A stretch of 64,000 bases of DNA from Candidatus Gottesmanbacteria bacterium (GTDB lineage: Bacteria; Patescibacteriota; Microgenomatia; UBA10105; UBA927): the NCBI GenBank assembly GCA_963701185.1, contig OY969569.1:383054-447053 (forward strand), in the 5' to 3' direction. Below the pieces are notes generated by a model. It was not told the DNA's origin. It was given only the letters and a program-made list of their open reading frames with translations, and searched no databases. Shown here one piece after another: positions 46,644 to 56,624 of this stretch. The translations under genes were made by a program, and so were the position numbers. Within the stretch, counting starts at the first letter, position 1. The number at the start of each line of letters is the position of its first letter.

Positions 46644-48782
46644 ATGAAATGGACGTGGCGGGATACCTACGCAATCGGCCTTATCACCCTCGTTGTCGGT
46701 GCATTTTTCTTCCGGTTATTCTGGCCTACCCCTCAGCTTATCGTCACTCCCGATTTCGGACAAAGCGACGCCGTGGCCTCCATTGCAACGAAATTTTTTT
46801 ACAGCAGAGAACTTGCCGACCATCGCATACCGCTGTGGACGTCTGCAATCGGCGGGGGATATCCGATATTTGCCCTGGGCACGATGGCGGCGTTTTTTTT
46901 ACCGAATCTTATTTTTTTCAGCATCTTTCGTACAGTCACGGCATACAATCTCACGCTCGTCTTTTCTGTGTGTTTGATGGGATGGGGCATGTACGTGTGG
47001 CTTCGTCTTATGAACTGCCGGCCGCTTGCATGCCTGTTCGGATCACTAACCACTGTTCTTTCCGGTTACACGATCGCCCAGCTTCCCCATATCACCATCG
47101 TGCAAAGTTATAGTCTTTTTCCCTGGCTTGCCGCCCTCACCCTGAAGGCGGCCACCAAGAAATCGTGGTATACCGTGGGGTGGTTTATCATTTTTCTGTC
47201 GCAACAAATTTTCATCGGGTTTCCGCAATCCGTATTTATTACGCTCCTATTCCTGGCCGCATACTGGATCTGGCTCAAACCGAAAAATATTTCATTTATT
47301 ATTGCCGTAGGCGGCGGATGTATCGCGGGGGCCGCTCAACTTCTTCCGTCGCTGGAATACTTAAAAACGCTTGCAACGGCGAATGGTTTTTCCCCGGATC
47401 AGGCAATGAAATTCTCCTACCCATTCAAACACCTTCTCACGCTCATTCATCCGTTCGCTTTGGGTAATCCTGCAACAGGCACCTACCCCAATTTTTCACG
47501 GTTTGGAGGAAGTATTTTTTGGGAAAATACCGCATATATCGGTATTATTCCTTTGATACTCCTTACCCTGTATAGTATTTTGGCCCTGCGGAAAAAACTG
47601 CGGCCAGGCTCCATGTTCTTTTTTATCCTTGTTCTTGCCGTATCCCTGCTTCTTATGACCGGTCGGAATTCACCGCTGTATTTAATTTATTCATTTTGGC
47701 CCTTTAATATCTTCCGCGTCCCTTCGCGGTTCGTTTGGCTTTTTGAAATCGCACTGATTATCATGAGTGTTCATGCCTTCAATCGACTGATCGGGTATGT
47801 TCGAAAAACGGCACCATTGATCATTTTCATCCATACCTCATCGTTGTTTGTCGTGTGGTTTTCCTATCATCTGCTTGTTCCGGCCTCACAATGGCTGCAA
47901 AATCCGCCGCTTGCCCAATACATCGATCGTTCATTTTATACGATAAGTATCGGAGCAGAAAGTTTATACAATGCTCTCAATGCCCGGGAAAACGGCCCCT
48001 CGTATTTTCTCCGCAACACCCTGACACCTGATAAAAGCATATTGTGGAATGTGCCTCACATCGGGGACTATACAGGACGAACAATACGCAGATCCGGGGT
48101 ACTTACTGATATAGTAAATCAGTCCATTACGACGGATGCATCGGGCGCCACAATAAGCGCCTCCGGCCGCAAGCTCCTTACTCTGTTGTCCATTAAAAAC
48201 GTTATCAGTGCCCTTCCTCTTACCCAGGAAGGACTCTTGCGTAAGACATCCGTCTCTTATGCGAACCGTACCATTGACCTCTTTGAAAATTCTGAGGCGT
48301 TGCCGGCCGTATATGTTGCAAAAAAAGCGATTCCCGTGCATACCGTCGAGGATGCGATAGCGGCATTTGCCTCTGATGCGTTTATTCCCGGCGATACCGT
48401 GCTTGTGGAGTCGGATGCTACCCCCGCAGCAACCCTCATTCAGGCAGATGTAGAAATCAAATCATCCGGGCAGGGAGTGTACGCCGTCAATGTGACGAAC
48501 CCGAACGAACATGCAATTCTTGTCCTCACCCAATCGTATTATCCCGGATGGCACGCAACAATTGATACAAAAGAGGTGCCCATATTTCCGGTCAATATCA
48601 AACATATCGGCATACAGGTGCCCGCCGGAAATCACTCCGTCGAATTCCGCTACCGGCCGGACAGTTTTATGTACGGGGCGTTGGTGAGCGGCGTATCTCT
48701 GGGTGTTACAATTTTTCTAATGGTGTTTGGGTTTTTCCGCTCGCAGCATCATACGCATCAAAAAGCTCTTGGGCGCGGATAG
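46644..48782 (+). CDS. YfhO-family polytopic membrane protein (GT-C-like glycosyltransferase)
   Basis: N-terminal DFGQSDAV...HRIPLWTSAIGGGYPIFA matches the YfhO D-x-x-Q...PLW...GG-P pattern. Many TM segments and a large C-terminal periplasmic domain. Confidence 0.55.
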   Translation: MKWTWRDTYAIGLITLVVGAFFFRLFWPTPQLIVTPDFGQSDAVASIATKFFYSRELADHRIPLWTSAIGGGYPIFALGTMAAFFLPNLIFFSIFRTVTAYNLTLVFSVCLMGWGMYVWLRLMNCRPLACLFGSLTTVLSGYTIAQLPHITIVQSYSLFPWLAALTLKAATKKSWYTVGWFIIFLSQQIFIGFPQSVFITLLFLAAYWIWLKPKNISFIIAVGGGCIAGAAQLLPSLEYLKTLATANGFSPDQAMKFSYPFKHLLTLIHPFALGNPATGTYPNFSRFGGSIFWENTAYIGIIPLILLTLYSILALRKKLRPGSMFFFILVLAVSLLLMTGRNSPLYLIYSFWPFNIFRVPSRFVWLFEIALIIMSVHAFNRLIGYVRKTAPLIIFIHTSSLFVVWFSYHLLVPASQWLQNPPLAQYIDRSFYTISIGAESLYNALNARENGPSYFLRNTLTPDKSILWNVPHIGDYTGRTIRRSGVLTDIVNQSITTDASGATISASGRKLLTLLSIKNVISALPLTQEGLLRKTSVSYANRTIDLFENSEALPAVYVAKKAIPVHTVEDAIAAFASDAFIPGDTVLVESDATPAATLIQADVEIKSSGQGVYAVNVTNPNEHAILVLTQSYYPGWHATIDTKEVPIFPVNIKHIGIQVPAGNHSVEFRYRPDSFMYGALVSGVSLGVTIFLMVFGFFRSQHHTHQKALGRG

Positions 48783-50637
48783 TGTCGCCGATACAATCGC
48801 GATAGGTACGTGCCTCATAATAGGTAATGGTACTGTCCGGTACGAGGCTTACTTTTTTTGCCGATTCAAATGCAGCGAGCGCCTCTGTGCATTTTTTTTG
48901 GAAAAGCCGCGTCACGCCTTCATACGTATAGGCATTTGCAAGCTCTCCGTCTCCGGCAACCGATACTGCGGCGCTAAACTGATCATACGCTTCATCCAAC
49001 ATGCCCGCGCGCATGAGTGCCGTCCCCAATGCAATCCGCGATCCGGCATACACATCACGCACATCCGAGAGCATGAGGTGATTATACCGCGATAATATAC
49101 CCGATGTCGGATCGTGCATTGTTTTCCACATCGCAAGATTCTCTTCATACATAGCGGAGGGCGACGGCTGCTCTTTTTCATCCACCAATTCATAGGTTAA
49201 CCCGTACGGCACCCAATACCATCCCGAACCGACAGAGAGCGGCGTGTTTGAAAATATCCGTCTCTTTGATCGTTGGGTCGTCACGAGATTCATCGTTGCG
49301 TCGCCGGTTCCCTGAAACGTAAGATCGGGAAATATCCCCTTCAGTGTCATCTGATAATCAGGTGACTGTAACCGGTTTACGTGAAGTGCAACAATGTCCG
49401 GACGAAAAGACAGGGCATAGCGCATATACTGCGTACTAAAGAGCGTCGAATCACGGCTTAAAAAAAGAATGCTTCCGGCGGGCAGCGGCGAGAGAATGTC
49501 GAGCCCGAGATTATCTGCCGTCCTGTCGGCCGGCAATCCATAAAACCGCCAGAATGTCACACCGAGCTGACTGACGGGGTAGAGGAATATGATCACAGAT
49601 GCAACAATAAGAACAACCGGCCTTGCGCGGAAATATTTCCCTGATGCAATCTCTCCCAGTCCGATACCGGCCACGACAACAAAGAGGACATACGACGGCA
49701 GTAAAAACCGCTCATATGTGCCGAGCGTAAACCGGCTGACCAACGGAAAGCTCGCATAAAAGAAAAAGAGGGGACCCAAAAAAAGGAGGGCAAGAACAAA
49801 AAAGCTGCAAAGCCTGCGGTCGCGCTTCCATAATGAAAAACATCCAAGCGACATAAGGAGGATTCCGACCCAGGTAAAATCCAATACTATTAACTGTGCA
49901 TATGCCTGAATCTGAAGTAAACGTTGACTGAGCTGGAGTCCGGCGCCGGCGCCGGACATAAAGGTGCCGTAGTCAGCCCGTGTCACCAGACGGATAAATC
50001 CACTCATGTCTACAGGACGGTCCCAATTAATAATCGAGTGTCCGCGGGCGGCGACAAATACGTATGCGTACGGCACCAAACCCGCCAAAAACCACCATAC
50101 CGTTGATAGCCGCACTCTGTTACCCCACAGCCGGTAGATCGCAGCCGGAACCAAAAATAGTATCATGTGATGATGCGTAAGGGCCAATCCGAAGACGAAT
50201 GCGATAAGGGAAAGAGAACTCCTGCGGATCAAAAGATATACCAAGATAATAACAAAAAGATCAAAAAGTCCAAATACTTCCGGCGTGACGCTGTAGAGGA
50301 AAAACAGGTAATTACCCAAGAGCAAAACCGCGCTGAATAATCCGATGAATTTCCGCTTCGTCAGTGAAGAAACAAGCAGATACACACATCCGACCGCGAT
50401 CGCGTGCGGCAGGCTCGACAATAATCCTACCCTCCAGGCAGGAGTAAATAAAGACAATTGAGAGGCAATCCAGCCGAAAAACGTATACAGCGGATATCCG
50501 GGAGGGTGGGCAACGCCGAACGTGGCCGCCGCCGTCACGAGATCCCCTGAATCGCCGCCGACAATACCTTGTGCCTGAAACAAGAGGAATGTAATGAATG
50601 AGAATAAACCGACAAGTGCCGCCAAAACGCTCTCCAT
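48706..50637 (-). CDS. DUF2723/PMT-like membrane glycosyltransferase with C-terminal TPR repeats
   Basis: N-terminal GGDSGDLV (the GDSGE-like motif of the DUF2723/TMTC family). About 11 TMs. C-terminal TPR-like helices. Confidence 0.55.
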   Translation of the reverse strand: MESVLAALVGLFSFITFLLFQAQGIVGGDSGDLVTAAATFGVAHPPGYPLYTFFGWIASQLSLFTPAWRVGLLSSLPHAIAVGCVYLLVSSLTKRKFIGLFSAVLLLGNYLFFLYSVTPEVFGLFDLFVIILVYLLIRRSSLSLIAFVFGLALTHHHMILFLVPAAIYRLWGNRVRLSTVWWFLAGLVPYAYVFVAARGHSIINWDRPVDMSGFIRLVTRADYGTFMSGAGAGLQLSQRLLQIQAYAQLIVLDFTWVGILLMSLGCFSLWKRDRRLCSFFVLALLFLGPLFFFYASFPLVSRFTLGTYERFLLPSYVLFVVVAGIGLGEIASGKYFRARPVVLIVASVIIFLYPVSQLGVTFWRFYGLPADRTADNLGLDILSPLPAGSILFLSRDSTLFSTQYMRYALSFRPDIVALHVNRLQSPDYQMTLKGIFPDLTFQGTGDATMNLVTTQRSKRRIFSNTPLSVGSGWYWVPYGLTYELVDEKEQPSPSAMYEENLAMWKTMHDPTSGILSRYNHLMLSDVRDVYAGSRIALGTALMRAGMLDEAYDQFSAAVSVAGDGELANAYTYEGVTRLFQKKCTEALAAFESAKKVSLVPDSTITYYEARTYRDCIGDTIRAQELFDAYDAASGKTQTPLEKL

Positions 50638-51149
50638 TACTGGATGCAGTAGAAGCAGTCGGACGTCGCACCTGCGCCGGTGCCGGATTTACAGGTCGTA
50701 ATCGATGTCCCGCCGCTTATATCATAGACCGTATTGGGATCAATCTGAAACCCTTTGGATTGCGGCTTGAAACAGGTGTGGAGAGATTCTCCGCCGGTGC
50801 TATACACATAGATGCCGTTCGGTCCGCCTGTGGCAGCCTGTGCAAGCGTCAAAAAGCCGGTCTTTAGTTCTCCCGCTTGTTCCAGTGCGTTGACGTATCC
50901 CGTCACAGACGCATCGCCGATTGACGTTGGTCCCACCATGCTGGTATTCCACGGAAACTGCCCTTTGGTAGAATAATACCGCAGGTTGGCATTATAAAAT
51001 TCCGAGAGTGTATTTCGTGTCGATGTGTCCCGGCCTTTTTTGAGCTGTTCAAACGGATCAATAGCGGCAAGCAATCCAACTGCAAGAGCGCCGAGAAGTG
51101 CGATGACAATAAGAAGTTCAATAAGCGTGAATCCTCGTGTTGATTTCAT
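50637..51149 (-). CDS. type IV pilin (third PilA-like gene)
   Basis: RGFTLIELLIVIALLGALAV. C-terminal disulfide-loop Cys residues. Confidence 0.75.
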   Translation of the reverse strand: MKSTRGFTLIELLIVIALLGALAVGLLAAIDPFEQLKKGRDTSTRNTLSEFYNANLRYYSTKGQFPWNTSMVGPTSIGDASVTGYVNALEQAGELKTGFLTLAQAATGGPNGIYVYSTGGESLHTCFKPQSKGFQIDPNTVYDISGGTSITTCKSGTGAGATSDCFYCIQ

Positions 51150-51211
51150 AATAAATAATCTCCTTTATTTACTTGTATCATTGTATTTATCCCCATGTCA
51201 ATAGGGGTAAA

Positions 51212-52423
51212 TTATTTAAATGAACTGGTTAAATTGTAAATCGGCGTAATCACGGAAATGACGATAAATCCCACGCCCACACCCATAATGACCATGATAA
51301 TCGGCTCAATCGCCGTCGTGAGACCTTTGACTAATATTTCCGTCTCCGACTGGAAATATTTTGAAAGCTTTATCAGGGTCTCATCAAGTTTCCCGGTTTC
51401 TTCGCCGACCTTCATCATTTGGGAAACGATCGGCGGAAATACCGCATACCGGGCAAACGAATCTCCGAGCGGATATCCTTTCTCCACTTTTTTGGAAATT
51501 TCATCGATTGCATTCCGAAACACGACGTTCCCGAGAGAATTTTTCAGTATGTGCAGCCCCTCAAGAATATGGATGCCGGATGCCACAAGCATTCCGAGCG
51601 TCCGCGTAAAATCGACAAGTATGATTTTTTTCTGGAGTTCCCCAAACAAGGGAATTTTAAAGACAAGCTGGTCAACGACGAGTTCCCCGAAAGGAGTTTT
51701 TCGCCACCGCTGAAAGAGTACTGCTGCCGCTCCTATAACAAGAATCATGAACCACCAAAAACGGACAAAAAAATCCGACAGAGACATAAGGAATCGGGTA
51801 GTCAACGGAAGCTGGATATTAAAATCTTTATATAACCCCGTGAGTTTCGGCATCACGACGGTCATCATCACGAATATAACGCCGATCATACCAATGAGAA
51901 TGATCACCGGATAGATCATGGCGCCGGACACTTTTCCCCGGAAATCCCGTTGGGCTTCGAGTGTTTCGGACAGTCTGGTGAGAATCTCATCCAACGTCCC
52001 GGAGGATTCTCCTGCCCGTACCAGGGCAATATAGGTTGTTGAAAAGTACCGGGGATACTTGGCAAGTGCGTCACCGAGGTTGCCTCCCGATACAATCTGA
52101 TGTTCCATATCCAGCAATATGTCAGAAAAAACTTCGTTCGTCGTCTGGGTGCGCAGTATTGTCAGTGATTCAGGAAGCGACAATCCCGCGACAACCATCG
52201 TCGCAAGCTGCCTTGTGAAGTTAACAATATCGTTGAAGGTAACCCGCTTAAAGTGTTCCTGAATTTTGGCAAGCGAAATTCCCTCTTTCGATACGTGGAT
52301 CCCGACGACAAATAACTGTTTCTCATGAAGAAGACGAATAGCAACTTCCTGCGACGGGGCTTCTACCAGCCCTGTCACTGTTTTTCCGTCTCCTCCCCGT
52401 GCTTTGTACTGAAAAAATGGCAT
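51212..52423 (-). CDS. pilC: type IV pilus platform protein PilC (GspF family)
   Basis: Two GspF repeats, three TM. 403 aa. Confidence 0.85.
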   Translation of the reverse strand: MPFFQYKARGGDGKTVTGLVEAPSQEVAIRLLHEKQLFVVGIHVSKEGISLAKIQEHFKRVTFNDIVNFTRQLATMVVAGLSLPESLTILRTQTTNEVFSDILLDMEHQIVSGGNLGDALAKYPRYFSTTYIALVRAGESSGTLDEILTRLSETLEAQRDFRGKVSGAMIYPVIILIGMIGVIFVMMTVVMPKLTGLYKDFNIQLPLTTRFLMSLSDFFVRFWWFMILVIGAAAVLFQRWRKTPFGELVVDQLVFKIPLFGELQKKIILVDFTRTLGMLVASGIHILEGLHILKNSLGNVVFRNAIDEISKKVEKGYPLGDSFARYAVFPPIVSQMMKVGEETGKLDETLIKLSKYFQSETEILVKGLTTAIEPIIMVIMGVGVGFIVISVITPIYNLTSSFK

Positions 52424-52429
52424 ACCCTT

Positions 52430-53485
52430 TTACCCTTGTTTAAGCAGTCGGTTTAATTCTTCCGGCTGCAGGGCATAACTTTGCGCCACCTCAAGGCTGA
52501 TCTTGCCTTCGCGGATCGCCCGGGCCAGCGCCCCCTCGAGGGTCACCATGCCGAGTTCCGCAGATGTCTGGATAATGTTATCAATAAGATGTGACTTGCC
52601 GTCGCGGATTGTCGTTTTAATGGCAGGCGTTGCGGTCATAATCTCCGCGACCGGCACCCGACCGCCCGAAATGGCGGGGATAAGCCGCTGGGACAATACG
52701 CCTTCAATAACAGCCGACAACTGCAGCCGGATCTGTATCTGCTGATTTTCCGGAAACACATCAACGATGCGGTCGATAGTTTGGCTCGCTGAATTGGTGT
52801 GAAGAGTCGCAAATACCAAATGCCCGGTTTCCGCAATGGTGAGGGCGGCCTGAATAGTCTCCAAATCCCGCATCTCGCCGATCAGGACCACATCGGGGTC
52901 TTCCCGAAGAACACTTCGCAGAGCCACGTTCCAGGAATGGGTATCCTGATGCATTTCCCGCTGGGAAATCACCGATACTCCCGGCGGATACACATATTCG
53001 ATGGGATCTTCGATGGTCACCACATGAACGGACCGCATCTGGTTAATCGTATTGATCATGGACGCAAGCGTTGTCGACTTTCCCTGACCGGTCGGACCGG
53101 TCACCAACACAAACCCCTGCCGGAGCTTCACAAACTCGTGACAGATGGACGGCAATCCCAATTCCTCGATTGACTTAATTTTGTCGGGAATGAGACGGAA
53201 ATCCGCGGCAACAGATTCTTTTTGATAATAGACGTTTGCACGGAACCGGTTTTTGCCGAATGCGACCGAATAATCAATCTCTTTATTCGTGAGAAATATA
53301 TCTTTTTCTCCCTCGGTAAACGTGGGGAAAATAAGCGATTCCGTATCCTGGGGGGTCAAAGGGGGAATATTGGGAATCGACACCAATTTTCCGGACACCC
53401 GCAGGACCGGCGGATACCCCACGACCAGATGGAGATCAGAGGCAGAAACCCGTAATGCTTCAGAAAATAATGCTTTAATATCCAT
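52430..53485 (-). CDS. pilT: twitching motility ATPase PilT
   Basis: Walker A GPTGQGKSTT, Asp box and His box. 351 aa. Confidence 0.85.
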   Translation of the reverse strand: MDIKALFSEALRVSASDLHLVVGYPPVLRVSGKLVSIPNIPPLTPQDTESLIFPTFTEGEKDIFLTNKEIDYSVAFGKNRFRANVYYQKESVAADFRLIPDKIKSIEELGLPSICHEFVKLRQGFVLVTGPTGQGKSTTLASMINTINQMRSVHVVTIEDPIEYVYPPGVSVISQREMHQDTHSWNVALRSVLREDPDVVLIGEMRDLETIQAALTIAETGHLVFATLHTNSASQTIDRIVDVFPENQQIQIRLQLSAVIEGVLSQRLIPAISGGRVPVAEIMTATPAIKTTIRDGKSHLIDNIIQTSAELGMVTLEGALARAIREGKISLEVAQSYALQPEELNRLLKQG

Positions 53486-53487
53486 AG

Positions 53488-55209
53488 TTAATCCTCCGCG
53501 ACCCGAAGCACTTCTTCTATCGTTGTTATCCCCTCAATCACTTTCATATAGCCATCCTGTTTTATCGTCATCATACCCTCCTTTACCGCTGCCTGCTGAA
53601 TGGCGTCCATTGATGCCCGTGTGGCGATCAATCGGGAAACTTCCATAGATATCGGCAATACTTCAAATATACCGATCCGGCCCAAATATCCGGTACCAAC
53701 ACAGGCACTACACGGTGCGCCATTGACCGTTCCTTTTCCCCGGTATAATTTCAGGGAGGCCCCTTTTGATAATAGCACACCCAAAACTTCGGTCATATCT
53801 TTTTTCACTGCTTCCTCCGGATCATATTCTTCTTTACAGGTCGGGCAAATTTTGCGGGCGATCCGCTGACCCACAACGCAATTGAGGCTGGAAACGATAA
53901 GGAACGGTTCGGCTCCCAGGTCGAGAAGTCGCGGAATGGCACCCGCCGCATTGTTCGTATGGAGTGTCGAAAATACGATATGCCCGGTAAGCGCCGCCTG
54001 AATGGCAAGCTCTGTGGTTTCCCGGTCGCGGATTTCTCCCACAAGAATAACATTGGGATCCTGACGCAAAAACGCCCTCAGGCCAGTGGCGAATGTGAGT
54101 CCGGCCGTAGGATTAATCTGTACTTGATTGACACCGGGAATTTCGTACTCAACCGGATCCTCAAGCGTCATAATGTTCACCCGCGTGTTATTTAACTTCG
54201 ACAACACAGCATAGAGTGTTGTTGTTTTTCCACTCCCGGTCGGGCCGGTAACGAGGATAATGCCGTGCGGGCGGGTGATCTGCGCTTCCAGATTTTTGAG
54301 CGCAAGGCCGCGCAGTCCCAACTCCGGGAGTGTCGGAATCCCGCCGGATTTTTTAAGGAGGCGCATAACGATTTTCTCCCCGTGTACGGTCGGCAGCGTG
54401 GATACACGAAGATCCACTTCTTCCTCACCCATTTTAAAGTTAAAGCGGCCGTCCTGGGGAATACGTTTTTCATCAATTTTCATGTCTGCAAGAATTTTGA
54501 TACGCGAGACCACGGCATCCTGCAGGCGCTTGGGCAGAACCAATCGCTCCTGCAATATACCGTCCACCCGATAGCGGACGCGGGTTTCGCCGACCTGCGG
54601 CTCAATATGGACATCCGATGCGCGAAGGTGGATGGCCTGCTCAAGGGTCGCCGAAACAATTTGGGCAATGGGTGCCTCACGGATCACTTCACCCAACCGA
54701 CCCGCCTCGTATGTTTTGACTTCGGGTTCGATTGATTCCTTCAGGGCCGCCGTAACATCCTCACCGAGATTCTGTGAGTACGTTTCTTCTATAGCACTCA
54801 AGATATCGTCTTTGAGTGCCATAAAGGGGTGAATCCGTTTCCCTGATTTCTTTTCGATAAATTCGATCACCTGAAAATCCAACGGATCGACCATGGCGAC
54901 GGACAGCTCGCTGGCTTCGGCGTCAAATTCAAACGGGATGAGAACGTATCGCCGGGCCACGGGTTCCGAAATGAAATTACCGATCGCCGGAGCAATCGCC
55001 CGTCCCGCAAGCGTGACAAACGGGACATTTAATGCTTTCGCCTTTGCTTTGGCAAGATCCCCCTCGGTGACCAACCGTTTTTTGACAAGAATATCTTCAG
55101 CAGGAGCCCCGGTAGACAGGGATTCCGTCATCACCGCATCTGCCTGCGCCTGAGCGATACGGCCGTCGGCGACGAGTGCGGTGAGAATTGATTGGGCAGT
55201 TGCGGGCAT
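53488..55209 (-). CDS. pilB: type IV pilus assembly ATPase PilB (GspE family)
   Basis: N1/N2 domains. Walker A GPTGSGKTTT. Tetracysteine CPTC...CSACVGTG. Confidence 0.9.
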   Translation of the reverse strand: MPATAQSILTALVADGRIAQAQADAVMTESLSTGAPAEDILVKKRLVTEGDLAKAKAKALNVPFVTLAGRAIAPAIGNFISEPVARRYVLIPFEFDAEASELSVAMVDPLDFQVIEFIEKKSGKRIHPFMALKDDILSAIEETYSQNLGEDVTAALKESIEPEVKTYEAGRLGEVIREAPIAQIVSATLEQAIHLRASDVHIEPQVGETRVRYRVDGILQERLVLPKRLQDAVVSRIKILADMKIDEKRIPQDGRFNFKMGEEEVDLRVSTLPTVHGEKIVMRLLKKSGGIPTLPELGLRGLALKNLEAQITRPHGIILVTGPTGSGKTTTLYAVLSKLNNTRVNIMTLEDPVEYEIPGVNQVQINPTAGLTFATGLRAFLRQDPNVILVGEIRDRETTELAIQAALTGHIVFSTLHTNNAAGAIPRLLDLGAEPFLIVSSLNCVVGQRIARKICPTCKEEYDPEEAVKKDMTEVLGVLLSKGASLKLYRGKGTVNGAPCSACVGTGYLGRIGIFEVLPISMEVSRLIATRASMDAIQQAAVKEGMMTIKQDGYMKVIEGITTIEEVLRVAED

Positions 55210-55223
55210 AGTACAATACCATT

Positions 55224-55838
55224 ATGCATGCTTTCCTTCTTGTTGGCAATAATCCTCAAGAAGAACTGGAATCCCGTGTTGCCGCATGGAAAATTTCTCC
55301 ATGGGACATACACCGGCCAGGAGGCGCAGGCATTGCGGATATCCGCGCGTTGTGCCGCGACCTGTCTCTCGCCCCGCGCGGCTACGAGCACGTAGGCATT
55401 ATCGAACACATGGAGCTTCTGACTCCTGAAGCGCAAAATGCGCTTTTAAAAACACTCGAAGAGCCCCCGCCGCATACATATATTATAGGGACCACTCACA
55501 TGCCAGAGGCGCTCTTGCCCACCGTCCGGTCACGGATGACTATTATTACAGTAAAAAATACTATCAAAAAGTCAGATGCAACAAGTCTATTAAAATTATT
55601 ACAGGAGTCTGCAGGGCAACGCCTCTCAACGCTTGAACCGTTTGTTGCCACGCGCGACGATGCGAAAATTTTTGTCACCGCGCTTCTTGATGCAACCCAT
55701 GAAGAACTTCTCACACATCCATCACCGCGCCTTACCAAACTCATCCGAAATCTCCTCGCCGCCCAGTCCCAACTCGCGGTCAACGTCAATCCGCGGCTGG
55801 TTGTCGACAACGCAGTACTACAAGGAGAGTCCTCGTAG
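55224..55838 (+). CDS. holB: DNA polymerase III delta-prime subunit-like (short AAA+ lid-only form)
   Basis: LLKTLEEPP and RSR sensor motif. 204 aa. Its stop overlaps a short hairpin and is 4 nt from palindrome copy B. Confidence 0.6.
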   Translation: MHAFLLVGNNPQEELESRVAAWKISPWDIHRPGGAGIADIRALCRDLSLAPRGYEHVGIIEHMELLTPEAQNALLKTLEEPPPHTYIIGTTHMPEALLPTVRSRMTIITVKNTIKKSDATSLLKLLQESAGQRLSTLEPFVATRDDAKIFVTALLDATHEELLTHPSPRLTKLIRNLLAAQSQLAVNVNPRLVVDNAVLQGESS

Positions 55839-55841
55839 TCC

Positions 55842-55869
55842 TGTTTTAATGTTTTAAAACATTAAAACA
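55842..55869. repeat. 28-bp perfect palindrome copy B
   Basis: tgttttaatgttttaaaacattaaaaca read directly. Preceded by tcctcgtagtcc. Confidence 0.9.
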
Positions 55870-55941
55870 AAGTTCACCAATCCACCCGGAGGGTGTATTG
55901 TCTAATTGTGTTACACTAAAGTATAGGAGGTACGTAGTACT

Positions 55942-56463
55942 ATGGCAGAATTTCCAATCAAAGATTTACCAATCGGTCCGAACCCCGGTCAACAAAACAT
56001 GGATAAAGTTGTTGCTAGTATAAATGATATGGTAAGAACAAAAATGGGAGCCTTGCCGGACACAGGACCAGCAGGTAGACATTTTCTTGATGGCGAGCAC
56101 AGTTTCTTTGGCTATAACGGCGTTGTTGTCCGTGAAGGGAAAATTGTATCATTGGTAAATCTCAATGGGGATGAGGATATTCCGCCTATCAATTTGGATA
56201 CGGAAATCACGATAGAAGGAGATTCGCGAGGGTATGTCAGTTCCGGGCATAAGCCTGGGGATAGAGTAAAAGTTATAGGATTTATTGAGCCCAATTTTAA
56301 AGCGGCAGAAGGCATACGGTCTTCCGACAAAATAATACAAGTGGAGGGGGCTGGAACAGTCGGATGGATAAAACCATCAGAATTTGACAAACAACTTCTC
56401 AAAAAACAACAGGAAGAAGAGATTGGGAAATTGTTTAATCCACCTAAACAGGAAGAGGGTTAG
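55942..56463 (+). CDS. hypothetical protein (173 aa), AT-rich cassette ORF between palindrome copies B and C
   Basis: Intact ORF with no TM and no recognised motif. Compositionally AT-rich versus its flanks. Confidence 0.5.
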   Translation: MAEFPIKDLPIGPNPGQQNMDKVVASINDMVRTKMGALPDTGPAGRHFLDGEHSFFGYNGVVVREGKIVSLVNLNGDEDIPPINLDTEITIEGDSRGYVSSGHKPGDRVKVIGFIEPNFKAAEGIRSSDKIIQVEGAGTVGWIKPSEFDKQLLKKQQEEEIGKLFNPPKQEEG

Positions 56464-56549
56464 GTTCCTTTATTTTCTAGCACCAGCACCGCCAGGAGCT
56501 AAAACCCCGGAAAAAACTTTTGATTTTTGTTCATTAAATATTTTCATAA

Positions 56550-56572
56550 CCTACGAGGATACTCCTCGTAGG
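56550..56572. repeat. hairpin cctacgagga-tac-tcctcgtagg (10-bp stem) abutting palindrome copy C
   Basis: Read directly. An imperfect homolog (ctacaagga-gag-tcctcgtag) sits at 55818-55838 before copy B. Confidence 0.7.
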
Positions 56573-56574
56573 CC

Positions 56575-56602
56575 TGTTTTAATGTTTTAAAACATTAAAA
56601 CA
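56575..56602. repeat. 28-bp perfect palindrome copy C
   Basis: Identical to copies A, B and D. Confidence 0.9.
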
Positions 56603-56624
56603 AACGTTATGATATATTTAGCGC

